From a virus: a DNA stretch of 64,000 bases. Where the stretch lies: the IMG/VR virus record IMGVR_UViG_3300045988_143938, one strand, 5' to 3'. The number at the start of each line of letters is the position of its first letter. The stretch's first letter is position 1. The position numbers and the translations under genes were made by a program. This document shows, piece after piece, positions 8,473 through 17,469 of the stretch. The notes beneath the pieces are model-generated. The model saw only the letters and a list, made by a program, of their open reading frames with translations, was not told the origin of the DNA and did no database searches.

Positions 8473-8517
8473 AAGCAGTCGGCAGAACATCCAGTGCGGT
8501 AAGTCTTCCGACTGCTT
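8473..8517. terminator. 10-bp inverted repeat between convergent genes
   Basis: AAGCAGTCGG 8473-82 pairs with CCGACTGCTT 8508-17 around a 25-nt loop. There is no clear U tract, so it is called only as a stem-loop or possible bidirectional terminator. Confidence 0.4.
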
Positions 8518-8536
8518 AATCAATATGTCTAATTGT

Positions 8537-9016
8537 TCATTCATAGCTATATTTTAGGCACATGTAAGACCATATTTTATTATCTCCCGGCATCCAGTCT
8601 TCATCGTCAAACCAAAAGGCATATGCCGCTTCGATAATATCCTCTCCGTCCAAAACCTTGCACAGATCGGCCCAAAAAGCATTAAAGGCTACGTATTTAT
8701 CCCAGCGTGTACATCCTGACGGGAAATTCTTGTTCTTGGTGGCTTCCTCTATCTGATCTACCGTCCAATATCCACCCTTGTGTTCGTTGCCTTCCTTGTC
8801 GGTGTACTCCATATCGGCAACATCGTGCATGGCAAACTCCTCGTTGTAATGGCATCCGCTCATGGCACCGTACAGCTTCCTTAACGCCAGCCAATACTTT
8901 TTAGGCTCTTTCTCTTTCATCGGCTCCAGCACATCCGAAAGGATGCGGGTGCTCTCTATCATTACAGCTTCACCCTTGCCTTTGCCGTACTTTTCTATCA
9001 ATTCATAAATAGTCAT
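8537..9016 (-). CDS. hypothetical protein (159 aa)
   Basis: Long clean ORF. The internal alternative-frame ORFs 8697..8894 and 8707..8904 are judged spurious. Confidence 0.65.
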   Translation of the reverse strand: MTIYELIEKYGKGKGEAVMIESTRILSDVLEPMKEKEPKKYWLALRKLYGAMSGCHYNEEFAMHDVADMEYTDKEGNEHKGGYWTVDQIEEATKNKNFPSGCTRWDKYVAFNAFWADLCKVLDGEDIIEAAYAFWFDDEDWMPGDNKIWSYMCLKYSYE

Positions 9017-9052
9017 AATCTTTTCCCTTTCTTTTAATTAGTAGTATGTTTC

Positions 9053-9322
9053 TTATCTGAATATCCTGCTTGCACCTCTTAGCAACACCTCAAAAATAGC
9101 GTCTCCGGTAAGGTTTGCTCCCACCTCCCGCCAAAAATTGGGCTTGCTTTGCTTTCTGATTATTTGAAGCAGCAAGTCCTGCTGGCGAAGGTGATGTTCG
9201 TTGTTCTTTTCAATGTCTTTTTGTAATAATAAAAGAGCCTTGACACCGTCATCCTTGCAGTTACCTATACACTCGTTGAGGTATTTGTCCATGCAATACT
9301 TCATAATCTTCTTGTTGCCCAT
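9053..9322 (-). CDS. hypothetical protein (89 aa)
   Basis: Same-strand cluster member. Confidence 0.5.
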   Translation of the reverse strand: MGNKKIMKYCMDKYLNECIGNCKDDGVKALLLLQKDIEKNNEHHLRQQDLLLQIIRKQSKPNFWREVGANLTGDAIFEVLLRGASRIFR

Positions 9323-9382
9323 ATTGTTATTTCTTTCCGCATGACGGGCATTTAACCGTCTTTACGGGCTTTGGTTTTACAA

Positions 9383-9694
9383 TCACAAATCTTCCCATAA
9401 CCGATCGTATTTTTTGTTTATATAAGCCAAAAGCAAATCAATCCATAGTGCGGCCAAAGCGCACAGAAAAGAAACAAGGATGCAACGAATAACCGGACCT
9501 CCGCATGCAATGCTGTAAGCCAGCGTGAGCCAAAAGCTGATACACTTGCTGCATTTCAGCTTCTCCGATAAGTGTCCTATCTTCTCCGGGTTTACCGGAA
9601 CAAGTCTTTTCAAAATGCCTGCTATGGCATTGAAAAGTCCCAAATAGATGAACAGGCATACGGAAACGGTTATTATCATTGCATCCCCAATCAT
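9383..9694 (-). CDS. hypothetical membrane protein (103 aa, about 3 TM, CxxC)
   Basis: Hydrophobic helices plus KLKCSKCISFW. Preferred over the overlapping 9438..9698 frame. Confidence 0.55.
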   Translation of the reverse strand: MIGDAMIITVSVCLFIYLGLFNAIAGILKRLVPVNPEKIGHLSEKLKCSKCISFWLTLAYSIACGGPVIRCILVSFLCALAALWIDLLLAYINKKYDRLWEDL

Positions 9695-9697
9695 ACA

Positions 9698-10246
9698 CTA
9701 CTTGTTTTTGGATGATTTGGTTTCGTTTGCTAAGCTTTCATCTTCACCAAGCAATGCAGCTACGGCAGGCGCAGGAGCAGGGCTTGTGACAGTCAGGCCG
9801 AACTCTATTTCCACCGCATTTGTTTTCGTGCAGCAGTCTTGTACGTTGGTAGGACTTACCAGCACATTAGGCGTAACGGTAAGCGTTGCCGATGTGGGTA
9901 CTGTGGTTGAATAGAACGGTACGGTAATTGAAGTGAACACTGTATCCGTCTGCGGGCATACGTCACAATTGTTGCATCCGCATACGTATGGCAGATAACT
10001 TACCGAACCTACCAATTGGATAGACAGCGAATAAAGGTTTCCGCCTAAAGAATCAATAGACTTTAAAACGGCCCTCATGGTCCCGCTCAAAGGATATTGG
10101 GCGGTGATACAGATGTTCCGGTTACGACACAGATAATGAATCAGGTCAATGTAATACATTATTGGGGATGGTGTCGTAGTCCCTGTGGCTACGGGGACAA
10201 GCTCCAATACGGAGGTTTGTCCCGATTTGTTTTTACAACAGCTCAT
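9698..10246 (-). CDS. hypothetical Cys-rich beta-rich protein (182 aa)
   Basis: Contains MSCCKNK..., YVCGCNNCDVCPQ and VQDCCTK, with a Thr/Val/Ser-rich body and an Ala/Pro tail. Confidence 0.6.
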   Translation of the reverse strand: MSCCKNKSGQTSVLELVPVATGTTTPSPIMYYIDLIHYLCRNRNICITAQYPLSGTMRAVLKSIDSLGGNLYSLSIQLVGSVSYLPYVCGCNNCDVCPQTDTVFTSITVPFYSTTVPTSATLTVTPNVLVSPTNVQDCCTKTNAVEIEFGLTVTSPAPAPAVAALLGEDESLANETKSSKNK

Positions 10247-10269
10247 AATGAATCGTTTTTTTATTAATA

Positions 10270-10476
10270 TTATTCAGCAACGGGTTCCTCTGCTGATTGA
10301 GGGTATTTCTTTGGAGCCGGAACCCGGCTCTTCATCTCTTTTACAGAATCAGGCGTTCCTACACCCAGCAGCACATCGAGTTTTGCTTCAATGTTTATCA
10401 GCCGTTGTTCCGTAGCTATCAGGAACTTATTGTTTGATACTGCTATCTCGTAAATGGCTTGTATGTATTCGTTCAT
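10270..10476 (-). CDS. hypothetical protein (68 aa)
   Basis: Same-strand cluster member. Confidence 0.5.
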   Translation of the reverse strand: MNEYIQAIYEIAVSNNKFLIATEQRLINIEAKLDVLLGVGTPDSVKEMKSRVPAPKKYPQSAEEPVAE

Positions 10477-10485
10477 ATTGTTTTG

Positions 10486-10686
10486 TTATTTAAAATATTT
10501 GATGATTTGATTTTTTACAAACAGGTTGTCTTTCCATTTAGGAACGCACTCTGTCAGCTTTTGTGCTGTTACCGCTCTTCCCTCGGCAGCATGTTCGTTT
10601 ACAAAATCCTGCAATGCCTTTGAGGCTGCATCCGCTTCTTCCTGCGTATCGGCATATACTTTAAAATTTATTTCAAATCCTTTCAT
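10486..10686 (-). CDS. hypothetical protein (66 aa)
   Basis: Same-strand cluster member. Confidence 0.5.
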   Translation of the reverse strand: MKGFEINFKVYADTQEEADAASKALQDFVNEHAAEGRAVTAQKLTECVPKWKDNLFVKNQIIKYFK

Positions 10687-10702
10687 AGTGCATTTGTTTT
10701 AA

Positions 10703-11119
10703 TTACAACGGAGGCAGAGGCGGTGATACTGGAGCGGCACCCGAAGGCGGCATTCCACCTCCTTTTTTCAGGCTTTTCAAGAACTCTATGCCTTGCATGA
10801 TATCGTTCTGATTTTCTTTCACCCAGCCGAATATCGTTCCGGCGGTATCCCTCACCTGTTGCATGGTTGTGGGAGGAACAACATCAAACGTAGGCAGTTC
10901 TTCCATGTCCTTAGCGAGAAAATCATACAGCTTCTCCGCTTCCTCTACGTTTCCTTTGGCTATCATCAGAGTTTGCATTTTCAGTGCAACCTTACTGGTA
11001 GGCTTTATCATTTTCAGCATTTCCATATTGTATTTTTTCTTTCTCCAAAACATAAGTAGCAATGTTTTTTTGTAAAAAGGGAAAGGCTTAGTGTGCCCTT
11101 CCCCGATACCGAAATGCAA
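10703..11119 (-). CDS. hypothetical protein with Pro-rich C-terminus (138 aa; alternative start 11026)
   Basis: The ORF abuts the upstream stop. The MEMLKMIKP... Met at 11026 is an equally plausible start. Confidence 0.5.
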   Translation of the reverse strand: MHFGIGEGHTKPFPFYKKTLLLMFWRKKKYNMEMLKMIKPTSKVALKMQTLMIAKGNVEEAEKLYDFLAKDMEELPTFDVVPPTTMQQVRDTAGTIFGWVKENQNDIMQGIEFLKSLKKGGGMPPSGAAPVSPPLPPL

Positions 11120-11596
11120 TTATCCGTTGCAAGGACATCCGCAAGGCTGCGGTGCGCTGTACAATGCTACGGGCTGCGGACACATCTGTGAGCGACCAGT
11201 CAAACGGTCAGCCACGATCTGTGCTTCTGCCTGTGCGTATGCGCTTGCTCCTGCTCCCGCCAAAGCGTTAGCCGTAGCGCCTGTCTGAACATTTACGTAG
11301 TCAATCATGCGAGGTTGCTGATTTACACGTTCTGCGCGTTCTGCAATAGCCAGTTGAGCCAGTCGGTCAATGTCTCTTTGATTAGCCTTGCTTCCCTGTG
11401 CGGCATAAACGCCACCGAAAATCCAAGCGCCGATACCAGTTAACAAGGCCGCACTACCGATAGTAATAGCTGCAATTGATGTTCCGCTGGGTCTCTTCGC
11501 TGTTTTTTCAGCCACCATGAAGTGTTCGTAGGAACTCATGTCGGTTCCATCGGACATGGCTTTCATTGCCATTAAATCTTCTGCTGTCATAGTCAT
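11120..11596 (-). CDS. hypothetical single-pass membrane protein with Cys-rich tail (158 aa)
   Basis: TM segment IAAITIGSAALLTGIGAWIFGGVY and C-terminus CPQPVALYSAPQPCGCPCNG. Confidence 0.6.
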   Translation of the reverse strand: MTMTAEDLMAMKAMSDGTDMSSYEHFMVAEKTAKRPSGTSIAAITIGSAALLTGIGAWIFGGVYAAQGSKANQRDIDRLAQLAIAERAERVNQQPRMIDYVNVQTGATANALAGAGASAYAQAEAQIVADRLTGRSQMCPQPVALYSAPQPCGCPCNG

Positions 11597-11654
11597 AAAA
11601 TATTTATTGTTTCAAGGCAGCCCGATGTAGGCTGCATGACAAAGGACGACAGAA

Positions 11655-11966
11655 TCAATGTGCTATTATAGAAGAAACGAGCGGGTTATGGGCAAGTTCG
11701 GAGCTAATTTCGTGCAGGCAGTTTTTTACGCTCCACTTGTTTATTTTTACATCGAAATGGTTTCGTATCCTGTTTACCGACTGACGGGGTATCTTAGTTT
11801 GACGGGATATTTCCTCGTCCGTTAAAAACTGCGATAGGAAGTACACCAAAAGATAGCGCGCGTCTACGCATTCTTCTTTTTTACTGTCTATCAGTTCCAA
11901 TTCTCCAACCCCTGTATGCCTGCATACCGTAGACATCATAATCTGATACAAATCTCCTGTTTTCAT
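11655..11966 (-). CDS. DnaA-C-terminal-like HTH protein (103 aa)
   Basis: SKKEECVDARYLLVYFLSQFLTDEEISRQTKIPRQSVNRIRNHF resembles the R-x-x-x-x-x-AR...Y...(HTH)...sV pattern of the DnaA domain IV fold. Recognised by eye only. Confidence 0.5.
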   Translation of the reverse strand: MKTGDLYQIMMSTVCRHTGVGELELIDSKKEECVDARYLLVYFLSQFLTDEEISRQTKIPRQSVNRIRNHFDVKINKWSVKNCLHEISSELAHNPLVSSIIAH

Positions 11967-12102
11967 ATTATTCTGCTTTAAAACATGTAATTATTAAAAA
12001 CAAAAATCACAACCCGGCGTTATTAAACTCGAAAGCCTCGTAACAACTCGGATTGTGATTGTTGTCTCTTGTGTTCGTTTCGCAGACAGAGGACAAGAGA
12101 TA

Positions 12103-12128
12103 GGGGCTTTCTTTCTACTCTAAGCCCC
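12103..12128 (-). terminator. stem-loop downstream of the spanin-like gene
   Basis: GGGGCTT 12103-09 pairs with AAGCCCC 12122-28. There is no U tract. Two further 8-bp stems (TCTCTTGT/ACAAGAGA and AATCACAA/TTGTGATT) lie in the same 190-bp gap. Confidence 0.35.
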
Positions 12129-12160
12129 GAAAGAGCGTCAGCTAAAGCCAACTTCTACAC

Positions 12161-12646
12161 TTATTTCTTTTTTATCCTTATGGCAAGCCAAATAACGGCC
12201 AATGCGACACATGCAATGTTTAGCATCATGCTCGCACCTCCGTAATTGATTTTAAACCGTTCCCACCATGATAGTTTCCTTTCCACAGGATAGGGCTTTG
12301 GCACTTCAATTCTTCTTATCTTTTCAATGAAGTAAGGTATCTTGACCGTCACCGTAGATTGGGGATAGATGCCTAATGAGTGGTTCAATATCCCCTTATT
12401 CCAAGACGCATAACTATAAGCATACGGGTTATGCAGGAATGACACAGTATCGCGGGTAGACACGCTGTCTTTATAAGGTATCAGCTTCTCCTGAAACGTT
12501 GTATCGTGGTAGACTATACTGTCAAGCACTTTGGTTTCAACAGGCACATAGACCGTCCTCGTTCGGCACGAAGCAAACACGAACACCAGCAGCATAGCCA
12601 GCAATCCAACAGACGCCCAAAACAATAGATTTCTTAGTTCTTTCAT
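12161..12646 (-). CDS. unimolecular spanin candidate (lipobox N-terminus plus C-terminal TM)
   Basis: N-terminus LLAMLLVFVFASC carries a lipobox-like F-A-S-C. C-terminal TM is MMLNIACVALAVIWLAIRIKKK. The Met at 12646 forms an ATGA overlap with the stop of the upstream LamG gene. Confidence 0.5.
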   Translation of the reverse strand: MKELRNLLFWASVGLLAMLLVFVFASCRTRTVYVPVETKVLDSIVYHDTTFQEKLIPYKDSVSTRDTVSFLHNPYAYSYASWNKGILNHSLGIYPQSTVTVKIPYFIEKIRRIEVPKPYPVERKLSWWERFKINYGGASMMLNIACVALAVIWLAIRIKKK

Positions 12647-14004
12647 AATTTTTCCCAGTTTTCTTTTAACCATGTTATTTCATCATCGGTAAGTGTACGA
12701 TTAAAGAGAAGAATATCGCCATGACAACCGACAAACTCTCCAGTAATCTGTCCTCCTATTGCTAATACTTCACCGTCAGATGAATCACCGAAAGAGATAG
12801 GATTTCCGTTATAAGATTGCTTTGTCTGATAAGTTATGCCACTTTTATTTCTTAAATCGTCAATTCCCGTTGCTTTTGAAAATGAAAAGGTTTCACTATT
12901 TAATGAAACATTGATTTTTTCAAAAGTAAATGCACAATTAGGCCAAATGTTCCCCTTATTAGCAAATACTCTATTCCCGTCATTCTCAAACCACGTCCTA
13001 TCAGCAATAATAGTATAATCACTCAAGATAGGAAGTCCATAAGCAACCCCATAAGAACTACCATTATAACATAACTGGTTGGGATAGTCGGGAATTTGGG
13101 TAACAGTAACTTTAGAGTCTTCTTTTAATGAGATAGAAATTTTTGATGCTACACCTGATGTCTCCGATTCCGACCCGGGGATTGTATATATTCCATCTTT
13201 AAATACATTAATTTCCTTTGACGTACCATTATCAATGTAGCCCAGCCTTAAATATTTGACTTTATCGCTGAAACCCTTAACTTGTACATTAATAGAGTTA
13301 GACTTGGTACCGTATAAGGTAATATTTTTAACACCAGCGGTAGTAAACACGACTTGCTCAGGAGAAACCTCATCTGAATTACTATTAGTCCATTCCGTAA
13401 AATCAGCATGATATAACCCTATCCCGCTATCCAGTTTCCCTTTAAACTTATAGAGAAACAAATCATGTCCATTGGCACTGAAATCTTTAGCTTTAGAGGT
13501 AGGAAGTTGGGTAATTTTGATATTGCATTCGCCGACAGCATTCGTCTTAAAACCAAAATAACGGGAATTATTCTTAAAGGTATATATGCCGTCTTTTTTA
13601 ATTTCCCCTTTTCTTCCTGTATTATCTGAAACAATCAGAAATAAATCATCAGATACTCCAGTGATATTAATAGTTAAATCAGAATAAGGTTCTTGTTTAT
13701 CTTCAATAATATTATAAAGTTCTTTACTTTCAGTAATAAGAATTGTATTTTGAGTAACAGTTACCGTACCCCTATTAGGAAACTTATCCCATGTAGTAAA
13801 GTCCTCTGCATAGCTTTCAATCACATCATATTCAGTCAGTCCTTGCTTGCGAGGAGAATACCAACAAACAATACTGTATTTGAGACCGGACGGCCATGCA
13901 AGCCTATTACCGGAACGATCAGCAGGCAGCCCGATAGCAGAAAGACCCAAAGAGGGCATCCTAAATTCAGGGATTCGGATAGGAGGAATATTGATTTGTT
14001 TCAT
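12643..14004 (-). CDS. LamG/concanavalin-like domain protein (453 aa), probable virion or fibre-associated
   Basis: The C-terminal GEFVGCHGDILLFNRTLTDDEITWLKENW is the typical end of a LamG-type jelly roll. Beta-rich body. Confidence 0.6.
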   Translation of the reverse strand: MKQINIPPIRIPEFRMPSLGLSAIGLPADRSGNRLAWPSGLKYSIVCWYSPRKQGLTEYDVIESYAEDFTTWDKFPNRGTVTVTQNTILITESKELYNIIEDKQEPYSDLTINITGVSDDLFLIVSDNTGRKGEIKKDGIYTFKNNSRYFGFKTNAVGECNIKITQLPTSKAKDFSANGHDLFLYKFKGKLDSGIGLYHADFTEWTNSNSDEVSPEQVVFTTAGVKNITLYGTKSNSINVQVKGFSDKVKYLRLGYIDNGTSKEINVFKDGIYTIPGSESETSGVASKISISLKEDSKVTVTQIPDYPNQLCYNGSSYGVAYGLPILSDYTIIADRTWFENDGNRVFANKGNIWPNCAFTFEKINVSLNSETFSFSKATGIDDLRNKSGITYQTKQSYNGNPISFGDSSDGEVLAIGGQITGEFVGCHGDILLFNRTLTDDEITWLKENWEKL

Positions 14005-14006
14005 TG

Positions 14007-14288
14007 TTACCCCTCCTTAACAACCTTAGCCTCCAACACTTCCGTAAACGATTCAACCGACACATTAACCCCTGCCGGGACATCTACATTGAAAATCAAG
14101 TTGGCACTACCGTTGTACGGGCCATAGCCGCCTACGTAGATTGCATCCATGCCGTCAATGTTGGCATAGATATTTAGCGAACCTGCTTCTTGTCTCTTCA
14201 CCTGTATGGTAACAGGCCCTTCGGATACGAAAGATGCTACGTACTTGTTTTCCTCGTTTTTACTGAATGATAAATCTGTTGCTGCCAT
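14007..14288 (-). CDS. hypothetical protein (93 aa)
   Basis: Packed between the endolysin and LamG genes. Confidence 0.5.
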   Translation of the reverse strand: MAATDLSFSKNEENKYVASFVSEGPVTIQVKRQEAGSLNIYANIDGMDAIYVGGYGPYNGSANLIFNVDVPAGVNVSVESFTEVLEAKVVKEG

Positions 14289-14326
14289 AATGCTTTTATT
14301 TAATTGTTAATAATTATCCTTTATAA

Positions 14327-14911
14327 TTACGATTCAAATCCCAAATATTTCATAATACCCCACACATGAAGCGAGACAATAGCCCTTTTACCTTCCTCGG
14401 ACAACAAGAACTCCACATCCTCCCTATTATCCTGGAACAGATTCTCAGTAAGAACAGCCGGACAATTCGTGTGCCTCAGTATGTAAAACTGTGATTCTTT
14501 GTCAGGATCACCATCTGCCATATCTTTGCGCATTTTCATTCCCGGCAAACAGTGTTCAGCACCCTCGTACAGACAAGTAGCCAATTTATCAGCCTTTGTT
14601 TTGCCAACACTGGTCCATGCTTCCCAACCGCGGGCAGACATCCAATCACTTCCATTACCGGCAGCATTGCAGTGAATAGAAACAAGTATAGCCTGTGTAG
14701 GCTTGTATTCATTCGCTCTCCGGCAACGTTCGGATAACGGCACATCTATTTCTTCTTTTACAATTCGTTCCGCATCAATTCCGTTCTTTCTAAGCTCCAT
14801 CATCAGACGTTCAGCTATCTCACGAGTATAAGCATACTCCCTCAACCGGCCGTCCGGAGAACGCTTGCCAGGAGTGTTACTGCCATGCCCGTTGTCAATC
14901 AAGACTTTCAT
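14327..14911 (-). CDS. N-acetylmuramoyl-L-alanine amidase (Amidase_3) endolysin
   Basis: MKVLIDNGHGSNTPGKRSP...ILVSIHCNAAGNG...LTENLFQDN shows the hallmark Amidase_3 motifs. 4-nt overlap with the holin gene. Confidence 0.9.
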   Translation of the reverse strand: MKVLIDNGHGSNTPGKRSPDGRLREYAYTREIAERLMMELRKNGIDAERIVKEEIDVPLSERCRRANEYKPTQAILVSIHCNAAGNGSDWMSARGWEAWTSVGKTKADKLATCLYEGAEHCLPGMKMRKDMADGDPDKESQFYILRHTNCPAVLTENLFQDNREDVEFLLSEEGKRAIVSLHVWGIMKYLGFES

Positions 14912-15375
14912 TTCTTTTCCTCCTTATCTTTCGTTATTATCTCACTAACATCTTCTTTATCAACATTAAAAACCTTTTTGCAGAATACGCCCAAAGCCTT
15001 TAATACATTAAAATCATACCCTTTAGGCTTTAATATGTTGCTTATAATAGAGCAAAACTCTATGAAGCACACAAAGAGACAGGAATATATATCAATGTTC
15101 CACTTGTCTCCGGAAGCAATGTTTATCATCACAACCATGCAGACAAAGGCAAAGTAAGTTACCATTTTACCCATAGTACGGCGTATGGCTCCGGAGAAAC
15201 GTACTTCCTCATTCATTAATAAACTCTTCCTAACTCCAAATGCCAAATCGCAGATAATAACTGAAAATGATACTATCAGCCAAGGTATCATGTGCTCCAA
15301 TGACTGCATAATAAAGCTGCTTGCTATCACCGCGAATCCACCCGGTATGCTTTGGGTAACAATGTTTTCTTTCAT
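14908..15375 (-). CDS. phage holin (holin_4-like, multi-TM)
   Basis: Three to four TM segments, ICDLAFGVRKSLLMNEEVRFSGAIRRTMGKMVTYF, and a charged C-terminal tail. Lies directly upstream of the amidase. Confidence 0.75.
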   Translation of the reverse strand: MKENIVTQSIPGGFAVIASSFIMQSLEHMIPWLIVSFSVIICDLAFGVRKSLLMNEEVRFSGAIRRTMGKMVTYFAFVCMVVMINIASGDKWNIDIYSCLFVCFIEFCSIISNILKPKGYDFNVLKALGVFCKKVFNVDKEDVSEIITKDKEEKK

Positions 15376-15483
15376 TTTATCGTTATGTTTAAATTTCTTC
15401 TTATCTTTGTATCATTCATAGTATCAGAACTAATTACTACTGCATCCCCGTTTGGCTCGTGAGAGTGGAACGGGGAGTTGTTG

Positions 15484-16188
15484 TTATTTGGAAGTCCAAC
15501 CTACTGAACCATGATAATAATTTAATGCGCCGTTCCATATAGCCTTTCCGCTTCGGTTGAAGTTCATTTCAACCGTAGTGTTTATATTACCTGTCTTTAT
15601 ATTGTATAGTATATCCTGAAAATAGAACCAAACATATTTAGAGCCATTAGCAGGAACGGATATACTTGTAACTCCACCCGATACACTTCCCGGCTCCTTT
15701 TCAAACATATATGTTGGATACTTATCTATATCTCCGTCATAGAATTGATATGCCCTGAAATCATTCCTCTTAAATGTTGCTGAGAAATTAGACGTATTTG
15801 TCAACTTAACTCTGATGAGAAGCTCACCCGTAGTATTACTCATCACCATGTTTCCTGAGAACTCGTCAGTACATTCGTTCGCTCTGTAATATTCATGACC
15901 GAATGAAGGACTGAAAGCAATATCATTACCCGGATTGTCAATACCGCCACCGCCTTCTTCTGCATTGGAAGAAACGTTTAGATACATTATTGCCGGATTA
16001 AAGTCACCCTGTTTAGGCAACGGTATGAAATAAAACTTCCCGCTATTGTAATAGTACATACATAGATATATGCGATATCTGTAAGCGGGCTGCATCTGAT
16101 CTAATCCGTCTATTCTAAAGGTTATGTAATCACTCTGCAAGTTTCCGTAAGAATCAAGTATTGTATCCGAACTTTCTGAATATTCCAA
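15484..16188 (-). CDS. hypothetical beta-rich protein (234 aa), tail-fibre region
   Basis: Clean ORF 10 nt downstream of the RBP paralog. Confidence 0.6.
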   Translation of the reverse strand: MEYSESSDTILDSYGNLQSDYITFRIDGLDQMQPAYRYRIYLCMYYYNSGKFYFIPLPKQGDFNPAIMYLNVSSNAEEGGGGIDNPGNDIAFSPSFGHEYYRANECTDEFSGNMVMSNTTGELLIRVKLTNTSNFSATFKRNDFRAYQFYDGDIDKYPTYMFEKEPGSVSGGVTSISVPANGSKYVWFYFQDILYNIKTGNINTTVEMNFNRSGKAIWNGALNYYHGSVGWTSK

Positions 16189-16198
16189 TATGTTATCA

Positions 16199-16741
16199 TT
16201 ATAATCGCACAGAACCCCCCTCGAAATAGCATTCTCTTAAATCAATTTTGCCTTCAATAAGGTCATAGGCTTGCAAGTTATAAGTGCTATCATCCGGGTC
16301 TAAATCAAAGTTGATATCTAAGAATGATTGCGATGTGTTGTTTATTTCCCAACCACTGGCAGGATATACTGCCTGTATCGGAGGAACGGCATCTGTGTAA
16401 TAATTCTTAAAATCAGAAAGTCTAAAAGGCTCATTCTCACCCCCTACGGGAAGCCTATATTTCCAGTCTCCATGCGCTGCTTGGATAATATATTCTTGCT
16501 CAAAGCTGGAGAAAGCGTACGTATCAATGGTTATGCCATGCCCGACACTTCTTCTGTCTGCGTCGGAAATGTCAAATAATGCTGGATATGCTACGGGTTT
16601 ATATCTTGAGAACTTATTCAAGTTTGCATCCGCGGTAAAGTAACTTGGCGCATAATTGATATTAACACTGCCTCCTGCATCACGCAGAACCGCACCTACT
16701 TCGGAGCTTAAATCGACATCGGTATTAGGTACAATAGCCAT
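16199..16741 (-). CDS. receptor-binding/fibre protein paralog (short)
   Basis: The start is set at MAIVPNTDVDLSSEVGAVLRDAGGSVNINYAPSYFTADANLNKFSRYKP, which parallels the N-terminus of 18473..19606. The ORF-track start 16864 adds 41 unmatched residues. Confidence 0.65.
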   Translation of the reverse strand: MAIVPNTDVDLSSEVGAVLRDAGGSVNINYAPSYFTADANLNKFSRYKPVAYPALFDISDADRRSVGHGITIDTYAFSSFEQEYIIQAAHGDWKYRLPVGGENEPFRLSDFKNYYTDAVPPIQAVYPASGWEINNTSQSFLDINFDLDPDDSTYNLQAYDLIEGKIDLRECYFEGGSVRL

Positions 16742-16888
16742 ATCATACCTCCTTCCGTATAATGGTGATACCACCAGTAACAGCAATAGACATATCACTG
16801 CCACCGTCAATCTCGTAGTCTCCATGTACGACCCTGTCCGCTTCATATAGGCTTTCATCTGCATAACAATTCCAATTAGTGGATATTA

Positions 16889-16897
16889 CCCCCCCCC
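16889..16897. repeat. C9/G9 homopolymer tract
   Basis: Nine consecutive C residues in the gap upstream of the 16741/16864 start. Confidence 0.9.
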
Positions 16898-16977
16898 AGC
16901 AAACTATTGATAATCAATAGATTACCAACTACCAACAAATCAACCTTTACCTTTTTCATGACACAACCCCTTTCTGA

Positions 16978-17442
16978 CTACTGAACCATTACTTCTTGGA
17001 TTGTGATTATATCATCTACCTTGAAGTCATTGCTGGAGATGAATTTACCGAAAGCATCTTCTGATAGTTTTTCATATTCCAATTCATGCTTCCTTTCCCT
17101 TTCTTCTTTCAGGCACTCTTCCACATTCTTGTTAAATTCGTAGAAGAACATGTTGACTTCCTTGCGTTCATCTTCTGTCAAAGTGGTTTTACCACCTTCC
17201 TCATTCCATTGCAGAGCTTTCTTCTGCATCTCCTCGAAGTTTTCCCCTTTTAACTTTTCCTGCACGTCTTTTTTTAAATCTTCAAAGTCGGCCGCAATAG
17301 GTTTGAACTTTCTTACCGCCTTAATCACAATGAACTTATCCTTATCTTCCATTTTGGTAAGTTTGCTATCATTAAGGAGCTTATATACTGACTTGACGGT
17401 GTCTGTTGTAATTTCATTTTTTGATTTTTTATTTTCGCTCAT
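16978..17442 (-). CDS. hypothetical acidic coiled-coil protein (154 aa)
   Basis: Clean ORF, rich in Lys and Glu. Confidence 0.6.
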   Translation of the reverse strand: MSENKKSKNEITTDTVKSVYKLLNDSKLTKMEDKDKFIVIKAVRKFKPIAADFEDLKKDVQEKLKGENFEEMQKKALQWNEEGGKTTLTEDERKEVNMFFYEFNKNVEECLKEERERKHELEYEKLSEDAFGKFISSNDFKVDDIITIQEVMVQ

Positions 17443-17469
17443 TTTATTATTCTTTTAATGTTTGTACAA

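Noticed and set aside
8697-8904. Two 65-aa ORFs (one per strand) inside 8537..9016
   Set aside because: They are nested within a longer, compositionally normal ORF. Both are Arg/Cys/His-rich frame artefacts.
9438-9698. 86-aa alternative-frame ORF overlapping the 3-TM protein gene
   Set aside because: It lies on the same strand but out of frame with 9383..9694, which has coherent TM helices. The alternative product is Cys/His/Arg-rich with no structure-like pattern.
16741-16959. Phase-variable fusion of the mini-ORF to the RBP paralog through the G9 tract
   Set aside because: I translated the G7, G8 and G10 variants. Each hits a stop before reaching either the MQMK... or MAIV... frame, so no length variant produces a fusion.
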